From assembly GCA_032718475.1 (NCBI GenBank), contig JAUCBJ010000991.1, forward strand, positions 1 to 34,767: a DNA stretch of 34,767 nucleotides. Reading direction: 5' to 3'. The notes beneath the pieces are model-generated. The model made no database searches, was not told where the DNA came from, and saw nothing but the letters and a program-made list of their open reading frames with translations. Made by a program: the position numbers and the translations under genes. Source of the stretch: Nemertoderma westbladi. Taxonomy: Eukaryota > Animalia > Xenacoelomorpha. Below are positions 12,001-23,037 of this stretch, piece after piece; the stretch's first letter is position 1, and each line of letters starts with the position of its first letter.

Positions 12001-13066
12001 AGGTTCAAGTAAAGAGATTCAATTTCCAAACTTAGACAAAGGATTGCATCCTTGGTTGAAAAGACTTCTGAGCAGTCAGCAAAGTCTTCGTGCCTCGATT
12101 CGGGATATTTGCTACATTCGCCGCATGGCACATTGGTATTGTTGGCGACAAAAGAATCCCAATACGACCGAGAAACCTCTTAGATTTTTTGGTCCATTAA
12201 CACTAGAAGAACTAAGGACCAGTTTACAAATGAGACTTCGCCTCTCACAAAGAATAGCAGATCCAGAACTTTTTTTGAAACATCAACATAATGACCCTAT
12301 CCCCCCTCAGCGTGTTGCCACAATCATGTCAAATGGGATTATTCGAGTTCAAACACGCCTAACAATGGCTCCAGTGTCCTATGACACTATACATCCTATC
12401 ATGTTGCGCGAACCACTCCTCTTGGAACAATTATTTCATGACACTCACCTTGAACTTAATCACTCAGGAAGAGACCATATCTTGAGTCATTTGAGACAAC
12501 ACTATTTTCTAGTTTCACCCTGGAAGTATCTACGGAATGTTATGCGCAATTGTCTTCACTGCCGGAGATACAACTCACCACTGATGAAGCAACAGATGGG
12601 AGATCTACCCAACGTTCGGATGGCGGCATATGAGCCAGCATTTACCAATTGTGGAGTGGATATGTTTGGCCCGATATTAGTTAAGCGTGCCAGAACTACT
12701 GTCAAACGATGGGGCTTATTGGCAGTATGTATGACTACAAGGGCGATCCATCTGGACGTTTTGTATCAAGCTAACATGGGTTCGTTTTTGTCCGCATTGT
12801 CCAGATTGATCGCACGGCGCGGACAACCACATCATATCACCTCTGATAATGGAGGAAACTTCGTAGCAGCCGAGAAAGAGCTTCGTAAGAATATCAATGA
12901 GTGGAATACGCAATCGCTACACGAGCTTCTTGATAATCATCAAATAAACCTCATAGACTGGTACTTTACTCCACCCCACGCTCCTTGGTATGGGGGAACT
13001 TATGAAAGGCTGGTACAGAGTGTCAAACAAGCTTTCTACAAACTGTTGCCCGAGGATGAGACTTAA
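6038..13066 (+). CDS. BEL/Pao gag-pol polyprotein (2342 aa)
   Basis: Gag core (LPKIKLKKFSG..DW.TF..HF, DUF1759-like); BEL-type Cys-His boxes CIKCGDTHNLFKC, CYNCLSSLHLRSHC, CKICGEAHHTILH; protease LVDTGS; RT ADIEAMF...YMDD; RNase H LHVFVDA...PKAEL...WTDA; integrase HHCC (H..LNH...CLHC) and D,D,E (VDMFGP, SDNGGNF, YERLV). Confidence 0.95.
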   Translation: MSDDNGQYTTDGENPNNSPSASDLTVVPPQQESDETKSEEHQLLAVTTRPLSERATDSYLSACMQLKLEGIDPTVSCERLDRISSGYLSASTRYLNTLEAKLTPEYFQAHRPDEVYTWNVELEAKRQRLMSHLEWIRLVAKARQLDTLDHRLQMRAREHDGRYQKISSLYQKWCGAAGVMMPLFSPPTCTLSESSVASSKREDGMQRFEIAKKHRDRRLKEYQQQEELITQRKQTEAQQLRDNIILSSQKRANQQAVEERIAQSKKREVEERVAVEQRHQDNIFEELAEQKKLKDMEFQLQNDALDQQQKFIRLQSQLQEVNDTILDDAPFVSIGQEGQSLLPAARGPISSSPINPSSETLQRYLQQPLVPDVNRLVMEENQEDHLIDENLEDRKGMKLNVVTTQPDLSHHVEFCPAVPNKRRADEIPPEKHRILLESEALKEAKGTPKPGRIEPRHGTSEIRYERQDTEMAPSSHYFQKNPGSGNRPQLSSPRYQTSREPKVILYPRIQSIPVPPPISMQYSTSIGGTIPKYNHAIYDNKMGGSPIDHYSNWRYEMEQSLQGLSQKINEIQGLQPPHGHWGHHISQLAKNMDIRLKDLRKSCFDHVDRIQAEVALNADTAQLPPHETLTSNGSMNAPGGQTHNNLSRSQLVNNTYQDNIDRSNSTSAPLGEGCPPPLVSRDIGMLQSSRINTSSMEPTIAHAMNRLTAERNLPKIKLKKFSGAADDWVTFRHHFETAVLGFHLTDQENLNYLMAMVEEAPLRMVESCVGLQDGFIKAWEGLNKRYGREQSIIASLLEKLLKMEPVSQPEKVIEFADEVKWTFQQLHQLGAGPQLDNTKILNDLAAKLTEPTRRRWVKAQLRHQRRLNDPNIAKAEHFVQFLEEEVDILVLMPVAKPNNTTILNKDIKRISRVNAVRTDDSSDDDEFLNRIVAKLHKPAKGRHQQSKALNAITRPSKQNIPPKPTVSRGTGELKCIKCGDTHNLFKCEDFNKMNLEKRRSFCQREKLCYNCLSSLHLRSHCKNKNRCKICGEAHHTILHKEELTSRETKREEAAMRIVESETDSDAAGDEYGVTEFAEHESNFIDNAAIISCRLNRRGGPVREFPVLTLRLNGDKGSTIVNALVDTGSSTTFLDGDIFDRLFGVTKETNLHLTAVAWYQEMPTVVAKGKLSPARDDVEGEMAENIKIIRMNGLKNALGTPHDWLSDDFSKQYQIPLATAEDPKVVMLIGQNCPEAFRVLETIPAAFLGVGSSKYSSPFAARTPLGWYCSGPSERTLKERESESINYIEILTHESVCRLQDTFIEQELAALGRDMTELPTQDTYDTLMHLVTHSESSRTNDDYHNNEECSALDNMTLDLAMQRWLENDSTNVNEDKLAMSPDDLHAVEIQHRTRKLLPDGHYQTGLLWRDDPPQLINNSSLAYNRALNMRKRLKKNPKYLDMYQHQMDKYLKIDCAELVPTDQQQFGPRSYFMPHHFVTHENKPNTVRVVFDCHATYKGKSLNTEILPGPNLLQSLVGILIRFREFNVAFVADIEAMFLQVRALPVDQDSLRYYWWPTTELEGEPSQYWMKCQPFGVISSPSNAESIVYATADDNANDFKKVIIETIKNSLYMDDVLKLHPISGNLIDIAHGVQDCLLRGGFRLVKFASNSKELLQTFPPEERASNTLDLDVEQLPVMKTLGLRWRMQEDEFYFTVAFIDNVPAKTRRQCLSKMHKVFDPFGYVAPVIMRAKFLLKKTWLLDLDWDDTIPQFLFEAWSKWEKDLKNIEQLTIPRTYFPHLQTSEQLQLHVFVDACDNGMGATAYFRRELKGIFSVTFVASKSRIMPKQELSTPKAELQAAVLGTELAEIITAELTLKVEQYYWTDATIVLQYLHNRKHKLSVFITNRVTRILKRSLLYQWRHIAGTLNPADLACRGSTAEELVNSSIWWKGPDFLWETEDEWPHVLRDLNLPKGAEIVPDRVYPPKSRLISGETNTIINVEDDPTPIPKGSSKEIQFPNLDKGLHPWLKRLLSSQQSLRASIRDICYIRRMAHWYCWRQKNPNTTEKPLRFFGPLTLEELRTSLQMRLRLSQRIADPELFLKHQHNDPIPPQRVATIMSNGIIRVQTRLTMAPVSYDTIHPIMLREPLLLEQLFHDTHLELNHSGRDHILSHLRQHYFLVSPWKYLRNVMRNCLHCRRYNSPLMKQQMGDLPNVRMAAYEPAFTNCGVDMFGPILVKRARTTVKRWGLLAVCMTTRAIHLDVLYQANMGSFLSALSRLIARRGQPHHITSDNGGNFVAAEKELRKNINEWNTQSLHELLDNHQINLIDWYFTPPHAPWYGGTYERLVQSVKQAFYKLLPEDET

Positions 13067-13669
13067 ACGTATTTGGATGATGAGGCGTTGCGCACATTGT
13101 TGGCTCAGATCGAATTAGTTTTGAACAACCGACCATTAACACGTATTTCGCAATCTTCTGAATCAGCTGAAGCTCTCACTCCAGCACATTTCCTCTTCTC
13201 TAAACCAGCCATTACGATACCAATATCCGAAATGGAGGATAATGATCTTCATTCCCGACGCACATGGAAAGTTCTTCAACTCCTGACTCAACGATTCTGG
13301 AACAATTGGTTGATTGACTATTTACCTTCTCAACGCCTAAGATCGAAGTGGTTTTGCCAACGACCAAATCTAAATATTGGTGATATCGTCTTAATTCATG
13401 ACCCTGTACGGCCACGGCGGGATTGGGTTACAGCTACTGTCTTAGAACCTAACTACAGTGGCGATGGCTTAGTCAGAAGCGCTAAGTTGAAGACGCAGAA
13501 TGGGAGTATTCTCGAAAGACCGATACAGAAATTATGCCTCCTTGAACAAGACTCAGGGAAGACAGGTATATATGGTCAATTTCAGCCTCTTCAACATAAT
13601 CAGCCGTGGATCCTTAGTAATATTACAACAAATACCCAACGGAAATCTGTTGACAAACATAAACCGTAA
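13067..13669 (+). pseudogene. C-terminal part of element 1 integrase, same frame, separated by a single TAA (13064-13066)
   Basis: EDET*TYLDDEALRTLLAQIELVLNNRPLT...ALTPAHFL...FWNNWLIDYL...GDIVLI...DGLVRSA...RPIQKLCLLE is the typical BEL integrase tail (DUF5641-like). Confidence 0.9.
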
Positions 13670-14014
13670 ACGCCGTGTTAATAACTTTAATGATTCTACT
13701 TATTAACTGAAACTGTATACAGATAACCGATTAAATATAGCAAAGAATGTGTGTATTATAATTCGTTGTATGTTTAGTATGAATAGATCGTATGATGTTC
13801 ATATTTATCTGATCTAAGAAACTAGCGCATGAATTAGAACAAAATATGACATACATAGAGACATATAAACATAATTCCGGTAATAAATTTAAATTTATTT
13901 AAATTTATTGAGATTTGTTGAATTTATAGTTAACGATAAAATTTTTAATTAATGATCAACTTTCAAAAGTAATTCGAGAAAAATTTAATGACTTAATAAA
14001 ATACATTTTAGACC

Positions 14015-14812
14015 GAAGGAGGGTCGGAGTGTTTAAAAAATAAAAATAACATTTATTATAACTAAAACTGTTTGATTAATTAAAAAATAATTAATCTCTG
14101 AAGTTATTCTTCCTCTTGGTTTCAGTTTGGTGAATTTAAGTTATCACCAATTTGATTACTTTTACATTTTAAGAGGTAATCGCCTGATTGGATTGATTTT
14201 GATTATGAAACAGTGTGATACTATATAACATAATAATAATAAAGAAAAACCCAGGCTATCTCTATGGGTTTATTATTATTGGGGGGAATCGAACGGTGGG
14301 TGAGGGACTAATTGCCTTATCGCCAACGTTGGAATACTCCATTTGACTCCCCACGGCAACGGCTATTTACCTAGACTACGGAACCACAGACGTCCTGGGA
14401 CAAAGATGTTCGTTGGACCGATGCTAGACCTATATATACCTAGACGGATCGGATCTGCGTGACGTGATGGGCGACTCGTTATCTATCTTACCGGTGAACC
14501 AAATAATTATCTCAACCTTTCCTTGGAAATTGCCTGCAGACGGGAAAAACACCGGGTGAATGACCTTCAGGAGTCAGTCCCCGAAAACGGAGTCTATTAG
14601 AATTTCAGAAGTTTGATTAATTTGACGTTGAAATGTTTATATTGTTAATACTTGGTTTGTTGATAATTTCTTTGATATGATAACTTTACTTGCCGGTAAT
14701 ATAGTTTTATTCAGAAAGTCCATTATATTAATCATGTTATTATTCTAAGAATATATATTAAGTTATACATATAGTGCAATAGTGTTTACTGGATCAGCAT
14801 ATTCAGCAAACA
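14015..14812 (+). repeat. Polypurine-tract-like motif followed by the probable 3' LTR of element 1 (start 14030; end uncertain)
   Basis: gaaggagggtcggag immediately followed by TGTTT at 14030; TATA-like ctatataa at 14221; candidate inverted end AAACA at 14808-14812. No second copy in the window to confirm. Confidence 0.5.
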
Positions 14813-15217
14813 TTACCCAGAGAAACCTTGCCTAAATGGGAGCCAGCAAGTACTAAGTATTTCATTTCGAGTTAATCATACTCAATCGTAAATTTTTAGA
14901 AATTTTTGTTGTTGTTGTAATAACGGTGCAATAAGTAAATTAAATGCCTTTGTTAGTTTATTTTCCCTTATTGATAGTTAATTAATTTGAGTTCCAACTC
15001 AAAATATATACACCATATATACTTAACTACAACTACGTAAATAATTAATAATAGTCACAAATATAGTAGTTTACAACAATTATTAATAACGTATTGTGTT
15101 ACCAATATAATTATTTACGTGTGTCATAATGGTGAAGGGATTACGTGCAATTTGTTGTACCACCAGTTTCCTTTTTGTTTATAAATAATTTATAAATAAA
15201 TTCTTTAGGGAGCGGTA

Positions 15218-15262
15218 TGACGTCACCTGGTGGCCTGTAAAATGACAAAATGACACTTCCGG
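15218..15262. promoter_or_regulatory. Cluster of CRE (TGACGTCA), E-box (CACCTG) and ETS (CACTTCCGG) motifs
   Basis: TGACGTCA 15218-15225, CACCTG 15224-15229 and CACTTCCGG 15254-15262, at an AT-rich to balanced composition transition. Confidence 0.3.
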
Positions 15263-15807
15263 TATCCATCAGATAGCAGACAGCAGAAGTGACAGGACAC
15301 GACTGCACTACTCCTGCAACACAGAGAGTAGCCTACCGATGTAGGCATACTGCAGTACTGCTAACTACTGACTGGGAGAATTCATAAAGTTCTTATGGGA
15401 TTTGTTCCCAATCCTACAATAACAGACAACATTACTCACCAGCGCCTAGAACAATCCACCGGGTCCGTCGTCCGTTCTCTATTATATCGTGGGTTACAAC
15501 TTATATTTCCGTCACTCTATTCCGCCGTGGGGAGGGGCTTCACTCGCGGTCAAGCGAGCAAGGTAACTTTGGCAATCAGGTAACTCTATTGGGTTTGGCA
15601 GTTTGGGTATTTATATTAAGGTGCAGGGAGAGCCTGGAGTCTGTTTGGGAGGTTTGGACATCCTTATAAAAGGAGCTCTAGAATTATCAGCCCAGTCAAG
15701 GCTTACACGTGGCCCAGGGGAAGAAATACTTGGAGTACCGCAACCGGCCCTCCTTATTTCCTTCCCGGCTATAGAATCTTCACAAAGGATTCTTTTAGCC
15801 AACGTGA

Positions 15808-18800
15808 TACTACTACTCTTGCTAGCCTCCGCTGATTGTTGATGATTGTGTTGTCCGTGATCATCACCAAATCACCTTTCTTTAAATCTCTAGTGGTATT
15901 TCTCCACTTGCTCCTCCTATGTAATGTGGGTAGGTATTCCTCGATCCACCTCCTCCAGTACTCTGCGCTTATCGCCATAGCGACTTTCCAACTCTGTCGG
16001 GAGTGTATGTCATCTGGGTCTACACCCCGCATGTCGATGGTCGCCAGCCTTTCCATCAGAAAATGGCTGGGTGTTAGCACGTCTAGTGATTCTGGGTCGT
16101 CATTTTCTGGATACAGCGGTCTGCTATTGATGATACCCTCGCACTTAGCTAGCACCATCCTTAGTATATCCTCTGTCACCATGTGGGTGTTCATCAACTT
16201 CGTCATTAGACGCTTGGAACTACCCACAAGTCTCTCGATGCATCCTGAAGTATGCGGAGCATACGGCGTCCTCCTTTCCCACTTCACCTGTCGTCTCCTC
16301 ATGGCTGCCCTGACTTCCTCTCCCTCCAGGATGTCCAAGGCCTCTGCCAGCTCGTTCTCCGCCCCCACAAAGTTGGTTCCATTATTGGAGTATATTACTG
16401 CGATCGTCCCACCTTTGCGGTCTCTGAACCTCTCTAGGGCATTGATGAATGCCAATGCGGTTGCGTCTTGGGCGAGTTCTATTCCTACCACCCTCGTGTA
16501 GTTACATACGAAGATGATGCTGTAGCGTTTCTCCGTGTGTCGCATCACCTTGATCTTTATCGGCCCGAACATATCTACACCACAGTGCGTGAATGGCGGG
16601 TCGTGCTGTCTCACCCTGCTGGCCGGTAATGGCGCCATCTCCTGTATGGCCCGTTCTTTTCTCGTCCGTCAGCAGGTCTGGCACTGCCCCACTACCGCCT
16701 TCACCTTCTTTCTTAGCTGTGTGATCCAGAAGGTCCTCCGTATCTCCGTGAGGGTCTGGTTGGTGCCCCCGTGCAATATCGACTTGTGGGAGTCCCAAAT
16801 GATCTGGTGGACTATCGGCGATCTGTTTGGGATGATAATGGGTTTTGGTGGGATGATGAGGCTGTTGATATTTAGCACTCTAGAGTTCATTACTAGAATC
16901 CCATCATCATTGAGTTGTGGCGACAGCGTGATGAGTTCGCTGTCCCGACGAAGATGTTGTTATTTGCTGACGCGCTCCACATCATCGCCGTAGTTCTTTC
17001 TCTGTTCGTACCGTATCACGGCCTTAGCCGCTCCCTCCAGATCGATGTTTGTTTTCCTCTTGGCATCCTTGCCAACTCCCTTGAGGAAATCCCCAAAGGC
17101 CCTCCAGTACGCTACCAACTTCTTGGTCTTGTACCAGCTTGAGCTGTAGCTGAGTAGCTTATCCGTCGGGTTGTCGTACGGTTCTTCTAATTTTGGTTGC
17201 ACCCCCCTGATTTCCCTCACCATTTGACTATATATCTCTTCACCTTCTGAGTCTTCTCCCTCTTCCCCTGGTGCTACTTCCTCTGAGCCCGGGTCCACCT
17301 TCTTCATTGGTGGCCAGGCCAACCTATCATTCAGGAAGTGTGGCCCGTGCTGCCACAACACTTCCTTCTTTAAGAAAGTGTGGCATGCCACGCCCCTCGA
17401 TAACAAGTCTGCTGGGTTCTTATCCGTTGGGCAGTAGTGCCACCTTTCCAAGTCTGTCGTCGCCATTATTTTGTCCACCCTATTTGCGATAAATATAGGG
17501 TATCTCGTCCTCTCATTGTGCAGCCAACCAAGCACTACCATGGAGTCCGTCCAGTAGTGTGTTTCCACTATGTTGGGAATAGTGTCCATCAAGTAGGCTG
17601 TGGCCCTTACTCCTAGTCTTGCAGCTGTCAACTCGAGTTTCGGGACTGATGCTGAATCTGGCGGCATCGACTTTGCTTTGCTGAATGCAAGTCTGGGCTT
17701 ATGAGCCCCCTTTCGTTGTACTAGGTAGAGTGCCACTCCGTACGCTTCCAACGATGCATCGGAGAACATGTGTAGATCCAAATTCGTCATGTCCCCATCT
17801 GGGAAATACACGCGTGGCATGCTGTATGTCCCCATCTGTTCTAAACTCTCCGTCCACTTACTCCACTGCTTGCTGATCTCTTCCGGAACCTCTGTATCCC
17901 ATTCGTCCTTTAATTTATATACTTTCTTAAGTATATGTTTCCCCGTGACTAACAGTGGGGATGCTAGGCCTAGGGGATCGTATATCCTTGCTATGTACGA
18001 TACATAGCCCCTCTTTGTGTGGATGTCCGCGCCCTCCTGGCTCAGTTGATACTTGAACTCATCTGTCTCCCGGTTCCACACGATCCCCATGGCCTTCTGC
18101 TGAGACTCCACTCTCTTGTTTGCCATGTCCTGTCACTTGGCTGTTGTATGGTTATCCATGGTCGACTCCGGTCGTCTGCCCTCTATGGCTTTCATAAACC
18201 CCTCTGAGCTGGATTGGAACTTGGTCAGGTTAAACCCGGATCCCTTCAGGATGTCGCGAACCTCGCGCCCTGTATCCAGTAGTTCTTTAACCGTGTTTCC
18301 AGACTCCATTCCATCGTCTACATAGAAGCCGCGTCGAATCATATCGACCGCTTTGGCTCTATACTTCCCTTCTTTCCCCTCTGCTGTATCTCTTACAGCC
18401 ACAGTCATTGTAAATGAGGACGACTTCGCCCCCATGTTCTGCACCACCATCTTGTACATTGGTATTGTCGACGGTTCCTCATCGCCGTTGTACCATAGGA
18501 AGCGCTGGCTGTCACTATCCTCCTCTGTCACCTCTGTCACATGGACTTGGTTGAACATGCCTTCAATATCGCAGGTAAAGGTGTGTCTCCCATTTCTAAA
18601 TCTCAGTAGGACCTCGATTCCCGAGTTATAGATATTTGGGCCCTCCAGCAGATAGTCGTTTAGGCACTTGCCGTTGGTTTTAGCCGATGCGTCAACTACC
18701 ATCCACAATTTACCTTTCTTTGGATCTTGAGCCACGTGAAGTGGCAGGTAGTATGTCCTGTCCGTGTCCGGTTCGTCGACCGGCAATTCCACGGCCCATC

Positions 18801-20121
18801 CTTTCTCGAGGTACTTCCTTATCGTCTTGTGGATGTACTCATCCTTCTCGGGGCTCTGCTCTATCGACTCCTTCACACTTTGTATAGCTTGTTTATCCTC
18901 TACCAAGGTTCCGACCCCGGTCTCCTTTAGTCCCTCAAAGTCCTGTCTGAGCAGTCTCCTGAGCTGCTCCTCCACTCCTTCATCTTCCATCTCCATCATA
19001 GTTCCCGCAAACATGCACCCTGATGTCTCCGACATCCTAAACGGAATCTTGGTTTTAATTGGGCCGCTTAGCGTCCACCCGAATGGTGTTAAAATTGCCA
19101 TCGGGTCACGCTGCCTGTCTTCGCCGAAGACCGTCTGCATTCTCTCGTGGGCCGTCGGGCAGTCCATTCCCACTATGATGGATACTTTCCTAATGTCCAC
19201 CTCTGGTATCGAGAAATCGATGCTGTCCAGGAATCTGTATTGCTCGACCTCGATGTTGGTTGGTCGCCTGGCGTTGATATTGATCGATTCTATTGCCTGG
19301 ATGGGGTCGATGGTCGTCCAATAGTCGCATCCCGGTGCTATCGCAGCTATCTCGCACCGTCCCGTCCTCATCTCTAGGACATCATCTTTGCTGGAGATGG
19401 TTGTTACCGCCATCCTACTTGGCCTCGTCTTTAGTCCTATTTCTTCAGCCACCCAATTCTCCATCAATGTGAAGGCTGCTCCACTGTCGACCAGCATCAG
19501 CGTGGTTACTGAACGACCGCCTTCTCCGATCACCCTCACTGGTACTACCCCGAGTAGTACCGTTCCTCTTTTCTTCGCCCCTACGGTGCTTGTTGCCATT
19601 GTCTGTCCTTTGCCTTGACCGAACTTAATTGGTGTTTCTTTGCACTGATCAGCTTTGTGTCTGCCCGCCACACATCGATGACAGATTCCACTCTTCCTTG
19701 CATATTCTACCTGATCTTGTTTGGGCAACGCTTGCCAATATTTGCAGTTCATGGTCTGATGAAGTGCGTTCGAATGCAATTGGCATTTGTTGTTTGGATT
19801 ATAGCCATCCCTATACAGTGCGCTGCGTATCGCACTTACGTTCGTACCTAGTTCCCTACTGTTCTTATTTTTTGGGTTCGGCCTACTGGGCGTGTTGGGG
19901 TTGTGTTTGTTTGTGTTGTTATTTTGCCCCTGTCCACTCCATGATATGGCCCTACCCCCGGCTACATGTGGACTAGCAGTCCCCTGCGTCGCCGCGTATG
20001 GCAGCGATTGTCTAAGCTTTGGCAATGCGTTTGCCATGATGTGTTCTGGTTTTTGCCTGTTATATTCAGTCTTTGGCCCCTTCCCCAGACTATCCTCGCT
20101 ATAGACTGGGTCCGTGATCAA
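15808..20121 (-). pseudogene. Element 2 Cys-His boxes, protease, RT, RNase H and integrase, broken by stops and frameshifts
   Basis: CQLHSNALHQTMNC, CHRCVAGRHKADQC, LVDSGA, CDIEGMF, YVDDG, LHMFSDAS, PKLEL, YWTDS, H(KSIL)HGG...CQTC, GVDMFGP, SNNGTNF (catalytic D changed to N), IERLV, across ORFs 18133-20121, 16960-18126, 16669-16890 and 15769-16638. Confidence 0.92.
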
Positions 20122-22437
20122 CTCGTGCTTCGTAGTTGAGGAAGTTCGACATTTCCTCTAGGCCCGGTTCCGCACCCTTCTTCTCCCGGGTGGAGAAGGC
20201 GATCTTCCTCCATTTGTTGCGCAGCCAGATCGGCAGTGCCTGCGCTATCGTGGTGATATTATTAGATGCGTTGAGTTCGTATGGCGCGTCTAGTGTTTTC
20301 AGCACGATTAACGCCTTCTCGACTTTGTTCGCAAACATCTTTATGCTAACGGGGTTATCCTGTAGGCCACCCGATGTTATACCCCTCAGGGTCTGCCGGA
20401 TGATCTTGGCCGGGTGCCCGTATTCCCTGTCTAGGGCCCGCCATGCAGTCGTGAAGCCACCCTCGATGCCCTGATACTGCCTCACGATGTCGTACGCTGG
20501 GCCTCCTGTATATACCTGTAGATATTTTAGGCACTCTGCCTGCGTCAGGTTCTTAGTTAATATCTCGTTGCTGTACATGCGCCGAAATTGCAGGTATTCT
20601 TCCGGCCTACTTCCGTCGAATTTAAATGGCTCTACGGGTGGTAGCTCGATTCTGGTCTTGAGCTGCATCGATTAGTGTAGCCATTCCCATCGCCTGTGCT
20701 TCCAATGGGTTCGAAGGATGCTGTACAGATTCTCCCGTTGGGTGCGGCCCGCCCGTCCGGCCTGTTGCCTTCCGTTGCGTCGGATATACCATTGGGGGTA
20801 ACGGCCCCCTCCATATTTCCGTGTCGCAAGATCTGTTCTCGTCCAGGGGGTTCGATGTTCTTATTTCTGTTTGAGTGTATTGTTGATATTGTAATGGGGG
20901 AATGTCACCCTGCCCCCCCCCCCCCCCCCCCCCCCACCGGTGGTATGTTTGGTACTGGGGTTGATGTTAATATATTGGGGCCCATACACCTATCCGCAAT
21001 AACTCTCCCCTCCCCTGGATATATGTTATGTCCCTGCATGTTATAGTCATACTGCTGTGCTGGTACCGGTATAGGCCTATCCACTTCTGGCCTACCTACC
21101 GGTATATACTCCGCGACTTCCGGGTCTAATCCGTCGTCCGCGCTACCCTATCGCCTACACTATCTCTCCCAGCATGGCCTATAGTATGTGCAGTAAGGCC
21201 TACAGTATGTCCTGCAGTCTGTATGTGTCCCTCTGGACCGAAGTTTAACCTTCTCGAATAATCCAAGAAGTCCTCCCCGCGACTACCGTACCCTCGATCG
21301 GCAGCTATATCCCGTCGGGAAGTTTCTCTTCGATCCCCTCTCCTATTCTCGTCCTCGTACCGGTACGCCCTGTACCCCTCTCTCGGCGTATAGTACACCT
21401 CGCCAGGTTGCGTCTCTCCGGGGCGATGGCAATCTCCCGGAGTTCGACCCCACTGACTCTCCAACTCCATCTCTACTACCGACGGCTCGCTATCCGTCCT
21501 CGCTCTCCGGTCGCTCGTAACGACGCTTCTTCTACTCTCTTCTCTTCTTCTCTCTTCAGTGTAGCGTCCCCGCTCGTGAGATCTCTCGTCGACCTCCCGG
21601 TTAAACTCCACTGTTCTTCTTCCCTCTTCTGACTGGGCTCGACGTCTCATCGCTCGCCCGCTCGCGACGCCAACCTCCCTCTCTCTAGCCGGTCGCACGC
21701 CGCTGGGGATATTCGTAATCCCCCTACTATTCTCCGTCGCCGGGTGCTGCGGTTCACCTAATTCGCCCTGCGCATTATCCGCCGACGCCTGTGGGACACT
21801 CTCTGCCCCCCCCCCCTCTCGCCGCTAATCTCTCGTTGTGGGGCTCCTGTAGCCCCCCCCCCCCCCCCCCCCCCCACTCGCCACCTATCTACTTCACTAT
21901 CTCTCACTTCGCCTCTACGCCCCTCTCTAGTCGACGCACTATCTCTACTGCGGCTGGGTCTATTCACCCCCGCCTCTCCCTCTATCACTGCGTGGCCTGG
22001 CAGGCTCCCGTTGGGGTCTCTCACCCCAGCTACTCCCTGCGTATTAACTATGTGGCCTTCCAGGCCCCTGCTGGTCGGACCACCTACATCTGCCACGTTT
22101 ATATTAATAGCACCATTATTAACATTATTAACAAAATTATTCGGATTATTTGAATTATTCTGTACCGAGTTTGGATTATTATTTAAATTATTTTGTATAT
22201 TTAGATTAGAATCGGGAATATTTTGCTCGTTTGAATTAAAATTATTATTTAGATTATTTTGCGTATTTAAATTTAAATTATTCGAATTACTTTGTGTATT
22301 TGAATTATTTTCTATATTTGGGTTTAGATTATTATTTAAATTATTTGGATTATTATGTGCATTTAAATTAGGAATACTCGGATTTAAATTATTATTATCG
22401 GGCAAAATATTATTTCCTGGAATAAAAGTTTGATTAG
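20099..22437 (-). pseudogene. Element 2 gag, downstream part: Asn-rich and Arg/Glu-rich low-complexity region, then gag core
   Basis: ORFs 21758-22405 (NNLNNN repeats), 21126-21698 and 20099-20668 (LPPVEPFKFDG..EEYLQFRRMY...LKYL...AWRALDREYG, DUF1759-like); some frameshifts lie at poly-C runs. Confidence 0.85.
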
Positions 22438-22442
22438 GGTTG
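22438..22442. repeat. Left target-site duplication GGTTG of element 3
   Basis: GGTTG directly precedes TGTGAG at 22443; the same 5-mer follows TCACA at 31961-31965. Confidence 0.92.
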
Positions 22443-23023
22443 TGTGAGGGGATTCAATTCCGCTCCACCAACCCCATAAAGTTGGGAAGTGGCGTTTTAA
22501 GCAATATTGGGGAGTACGAGGTTGATTAGAATCAACCTCATATCACCCCCAATAAAGGGGGACAACACACAGCCCCAAAGAGCCACACACAAAAGAGGTT
22601 ATAGGTCAAACCTCTTGGAGAGGGAAAGTGACAGCAGTGGGGGGAAACACTCCCACAGAGGTGGGAGCCGAGAATTAGGTTATTGGCCAATAGGGGACAA
22701 GGAAAATGCATCCGCTAAGTAACAAAGCCACAAGTAGAGTAGAGGTGAATATATTTTACCAGTTAGTGTTTGTATCCTATTCAGTTATCTCAGTCACGTA
22801 GGACAGTACGGTGACACTTTAGTACGGTCACCGCCGTCACCAACATTTATATTATCAATTTACCGGTACAACATCCAAGTTATCTCATGCTATCATATTC
22901 TATATTGTATACTATATTTCGACCCTATTAATAATACTGGAACGACAACAACAAACTCTTTTCACAACCTTGCGGCGATGCGTAACTAAAATCAACTGGT
23001 CGGGATCCTCTGATCCCGTCACA
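22443..23023 (+). repeat. 5' LTR of element 3 (581 bp)
   Basis: Direct repeat of 31426-31960; TGTGA/TCACA inverted ends; TATA-like at ~22750 and initiator TCAGTT at 22781. Confidence 0.95.
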
Positions 23024-23037
23024 GTACTAAAGTCACC
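23024..23037 (+). other. Non-tRNA primer-binding site candidate GTACTAAAGT(CACC), complementary to R-region loop 22816-22825
   Basis: Abuts the LTR terminal CA, lacks TGG, and is the exact reverse complement of ACTTTAGTAC in the LTR hairpin loop. Confidence 0.75.

Larger units (their letters stand above)
6038..14812 (+). mobile_element. BEL/Pao LTR retrotransposon (element 1); 5' LTR not seen in the window, 3' boundary approximate
   Basis: Single gag-pol frame with domain order gag-knuckles-protease-RT-RNaseH-integrase, followed by a PPT and TG start. Confidence 0.9.

Noticed and set aside
14912-15079. Degenerate palindrome centred on TTTGAGTTCCAACTCAAA (possible MITE)
   Set aside because: Only short arm matches in very AT-rich DNA and no clear TSD
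20914-21876. Poly-C/G runs as programmed frameshift sites or G-quadruplex elements
   Set aside because: Homopolymers in Gly-coding stretches of a decayed copy; slippage or sequencing error is the simpler explanation
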